Assembly: GCA_965277285.1 (NCBI GenBank)
Contig: OZ255721.1
Location: 1,152,001 to 1,216,000, forward strand
Origin: Abditibacteriaceae bacterium
Lineage (GTDB): Bacteria; Armatimonadota; Abditibacteriia; Abditibacteriales; Abditibacteriaceae
Reading direction: 5' to 3'
Length of the DNA stretch: 64,000 nucleotides
Of the stretch, positions 61,389 to 64,000 are shown piece after piece. A program made the position numbers and the translations under genes. A model generated the notes under the pieces. The model worked only from the letters and a program-made list of their open reading frames with translations, had not been told where the DNA came from and did no database searches. Each line of letters starts with the position of its first letter. The first letter of the stretch is position 1.

Positions 61389-62426
61389 ATGGAAATCGGA
61401 ATCGACAGTTTTGCAGCAATAACAGCGAACGAGGAAGGCCATTTCAACAGTGCGCTCGCTGCGATGCGTCAATTACTCGAACGCATCGAGCGCGCCGATC
61501 AAGTCGGCTTGGACGTGTTCGGCATAGGCGAGCATCATCGCAGCGAGTTTCTTGATTCATCGCCCGCCGTGATTTTGGCCGCAGCAGCGGCGCGAACCAG
61601 CCGCATTCGTCTGACCAGTTCTGTCGCGGTGCTCAGCGCCGCCGATCCGGTGCGCGTCTTCCAATCGTTCGCCACGCTCGATTTGATCTCGCAAGGCCGC
61701 GCCGAAATCGTCGTCGGGCGCGGTTCGTTTTCCGAAGCGTTCCCCTTGTTCGGTTTGGATTTCCGCGATTACGATACGCTTTTCACCGAGAAGCTCGATT
61801 TGCTGCTCAATATCCGCGACAACGAACACGTTCATTGGAAAGGCCAACATCGCACGGCTTTGACCGGACAAGGCATTTATCCGCGCCCAATGCAAGAAAA
61901 GTTGCCGATTTGGATTGGCGTGGGCGGCACACCAGCTTCGTTTGTGCGCGCCGGAACGCTCGGACTGCCGCTGATGGTCGCCGTCATCGGTGGCGAAACG
62001 CATCGCTTTCGTCCGCTCGTCGATCTTTACCGCGAAGCCGGACGACGCGCTGGACACGCGCCGGAAAAGCTTCAAGTCGGGATGCACTCGCTGGGTTACG
62101 TGGCGCCAACAACGCAAGAGGCCGCCGATGATTTCTTTCCTGGCTATGCTCGCGTTTTTACCCGCATCGGCAAAGAACGCGGCTGGCCGCCGGTAACGCG
62201 CGCCCATTTCGAGGCACAAATCAGTGAAACCGGCGCGCTGATGGTTGGAAGTCCCGAAGAAGTGGCGCAGAAGATCGCGCGTCACAGCGAAGCGTTGGGC
62301 GGATTGTCGCGCGTTACCATCAAGATGGACGACGCCGAAATGTCGCCCGCGAAGCTTATGCAAGCCATTGAATTGATGGGTGCTGATGTCGCGCCCGCAT
62401 TACGCGCCCAGCAACCGCTAACGTGA
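61389..62426 (+). CDS. LLM-class flavin-dependent oxidoreductase
   Basis: MEIGIDSF, GLDVFGIGEHH, DPVRVFQSFATLDLIS.GRAE. Confidence 0.92.
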   Translation: MEIGIDSFAAITANEEGHFNSALAAMRQLLERIERADQVGLDVFGIGEHHRSEFLDSSPAVILAAAAARTSRIRLTSSVAVLSAADPVRVFQSFATLDLISQGRAEIVVGRGSFSEAFPLFGLDFRDYDTLFTEKLDLLLNIRDNEHVHWKGQHRTALTGQGIYPRPMQEKLPIWIGVGGTPASFVRAGTLGLPLMVAVIGGETHRFRPLVDLYREAGRRAGHAPEKLQVGMHSLGYVAPTTQEAADDFFPGYARVFTRIGKERGWPPVTRAHFEAQISETGALMVGSPEEVAQKIARHSEALGGLSRVTIKMDDAEMSPAKLMQAIELMGADVAPALRAQQPLT

Positions 62427-62589
62427 AAGAAGCTGAGCGAATCGAGTACTCGATTTGCCTGCCGCACCTGGTGGAAACTTTGTGCTACCGTTTTCAAAGT
62501 CGTTTGGGAACAACATCCAACGGCAATGAACTGAGACGGATTACGACGTTTTGAAGTTGTGACGCAGGGCGCTTCAAAGTCCTATGACT

Positions 62590-63318
62590 TCAAAGTCCTA
62601 TGAAATGCTTCAAAGTATCGGCGTTGCGCACGGCATGACCTTCGCCATCGTTGTTGAAGTAAGCCCATACTTCTTTTCCATCTCGCTGCCATTCTCGAAC
62701 GCGCTCAGCCCACCAGCGCAAGTCGTCATCCGAATAGGAACCGGCGTAAAGATGGTGCTCGTTTGGCCCATGCAGGCGCAAGTAAACAAACGACGCGGTA
62801 GCGCGCAGAACGCACGGCAGGTTGGCGCCGCTCATGATGCAATAGGCCACGTTGTGCGCTTCGAGCAGGTCAAATACTTGCTCGCAGTTCCAAGTGGGAT
62901 GGCGGAACTCGATGGAAGTTTTCAATCCTGCTGGAATTTGTTTCAGGAAGTAAGCGAGCCTGGCATCGTCGCGCGCCAGGCCGGGCGGCAATTGCACCAG
63001 CCACACACCGAGTTTGTCGCCCAAGCGTTCCATGCTGTGCGCCATGCGCGTTGTCCATTGCTCCGGTTCAAGCAAGCGTTTGCTATGCGACAAAGCGCGC
63101 GAAGCTTTGATCGTCATGCGAAAGCCTGCGGGCAATTGCTCGCGCCAGCTATCGAAAGTTTCCTCGCGCGGCCAACGGTAAAAGGTGTTGTTCACTTCGA
63201 CGGTGTTGTAGCGAGCCACATAACACGCCAATCTTTCGCGGCTGGCGGCTCGCTGCGGATAAAGAACGCCTTGCCAGTGATTGTAGCTCCAGCCCGAAGT
63301 GCCAATGTAGATCGCCAT
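62590..63318 (-). CDS. DUF72-family protein
   Basis: IGTSGWSY, VEVNNTFY, LVQLPP, EFRHPTW, YLRLHG, YFNND. Confidence 0.92.
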   Translation of the reverse strand: MAIYIGTSGWSYNHWQGVLYPQRAASRERLACYVARYNTVEVNNTFYRWPREETFDSWREQLPAGFRMTIKASRALSHSKRLLEPEQWTTRMAHSMERLGDKLGVWLVQLPPGLARDDARLAYFLKQIPAGLKTSIEFRHPTWNCEQVFDLLEAHNVAYCIMSGANLPCVLRATASFVYLRLHGPNEHHLYAGSYSDDDLRWWAERVREWQRDGKEVWAYFNNDGEGHAVRNADTLKHFIGL

Positions 63319-63575
63319 AACAATCCAATCCGCAATTTTGAGACCGGCACTTTTGAAATTATTCTCTTACCAAACGTGCTCAGCGGCGAACGCAGCGAAT
63401 GCGGCGCGGACACCGGCTGATTCAACCCGATGAGGCATTTCACGGTCATCGAAAAGAATGCACGCCGCGTCAAACGTGGATAAAATGCACAATCGAGTAC
63501 TCGATTGTGCATCAGCGCCGCGAATTTGCCTTTGCACGAAAGCTGTAAATGGACATTTTGAAGGAGAAAGAATTG

Positions 63576-64000
63576 ATGAACACACCGATTCCCGACATCA
63601 CCAAAACGTTGCTCGCCGCCAAAAAAGCCAAAGGTTTGACTTTTGCCGACCTCGAACCGATTCTCAAGTGCGACGAAGTGTGGATCGCCGCGCTGTTTTA
63701 CCGTCAGGCAACCGCCTCGCTCGAACAAGCCCAGGCGCTACTCGAAACGCTGGGTTTGGAGATGTCGCTGGCTGAGGAAATAACGACTTTTCCGATCAAA
63801 GGTCTGGGGCCGATAGTGCCAACCGACCCGTTAATCTATCGCTTTTACGAGATCATGCAGGTTTATGGAATGCCGCTCAAAGACGTGATTCAGGAAAAGT
63901 TCGGCGACGGCATTATGAGCGCTATCGACTTCACCATGCACATCGACAAACAGGAAGACCCCAAAGGCGACCGCGTGGTTTTAACGATGAACGGAAAGTT
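63576..64000 (+). CDS. cynS: Cyanate hydratase (cyanase), truncated at window end
   Basis: Not in the ORF track; hand translation gives ...[18 protein letters not shown]...[13 protein letters not shown]...[20 protein letters not shown] upstream. Confidence 0.95.
   Translation, partial: MNTPIPDITKTLLAAKKAKGLTFADLEPILKCDEVWIAALFYRQATASLEQAQALLETLGLEMSLAEEITTFPIKGLGPIVPTDPLIYRFYEIMQVYGMPLKDVIQEKFGDGIMSAIDFTMHIDKQEDPKGDRVVLTMNGK

Larger units (their letters stand above)
767..63504. repeat. Dispersed highly iterated 12-bp palindrome TCGAGTACTCGA
   Basis: About 47 exact and about 21 one-mismatch copies read by eye; positions are listed in the findings. Confidence 0.97.

Noticed and set aside
767..63504. 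Palindrome as a cloning linker or adapter artefact
   Set aside because: Copies keep reading frames in conserved genes, occur as degenerate variants and have constrained flanks; a raw-read check is still advisable.
63485..63512. NtrC-type site (TGCAC...GTGCA) upstream of cynS
   Set aside because: Half-site spacing is 16 bp rather than about 7, and it is better explained as an extended copy of the palindrome.
1..64000. tRNA, rRNA, integrase or prophage genes
   Set aside because: None recognised by eye; covariance-model searches could not be run.

Overview
Bacterial chromosomal window with mostly housekeeping genes on the minus strand. These include kptA-mutM, accAD, pheA, a hit-yqeY-phoH-HD phosphodiesterase-ybeY cluster, pyrG, the ffh-rpsP-khpA-ylqD-rimM-trmD-rplS-lepB-lepB-rnhB cluster, ftsY, rib genes, lepA, a cold-shock gene, ilvD, an aspartokinase and cynS. 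Also present are a Type III restriction-modification locus whose res gene is split by an IS5-family element, and a LacI/prepilin (DUF1559)/lipoprotein locus. Gene content suggests an Armatimonadota/Abditibacteriota-like organism (inference only). The dominant unexplained signal is a 12-bp palindrome, TCGAGTACTCGA (consensus WTCGAGTACTCGAW). By manual count it has about 47 exact and about 21 one-mismatch copies, roughly one per 0.94 kb. It occurs both between genes and written into conserved proteins in all three frames (SSTR, IEYS, RVLD/E). Its spacings cluster near multiples of about 0.55-0.6 kb, and it often brackets accessory genes and sits inside REP-like hairpins. It resembles a HIP1-like highly iterated palindrome with a different sequence. 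Several families of intergenic inverted repeats and two tandem-repeat arrays are also present. No rRNA, tRNA or CRISPR array was recognised. All counts and coordinates were read by eye and should be re-verified computationally.
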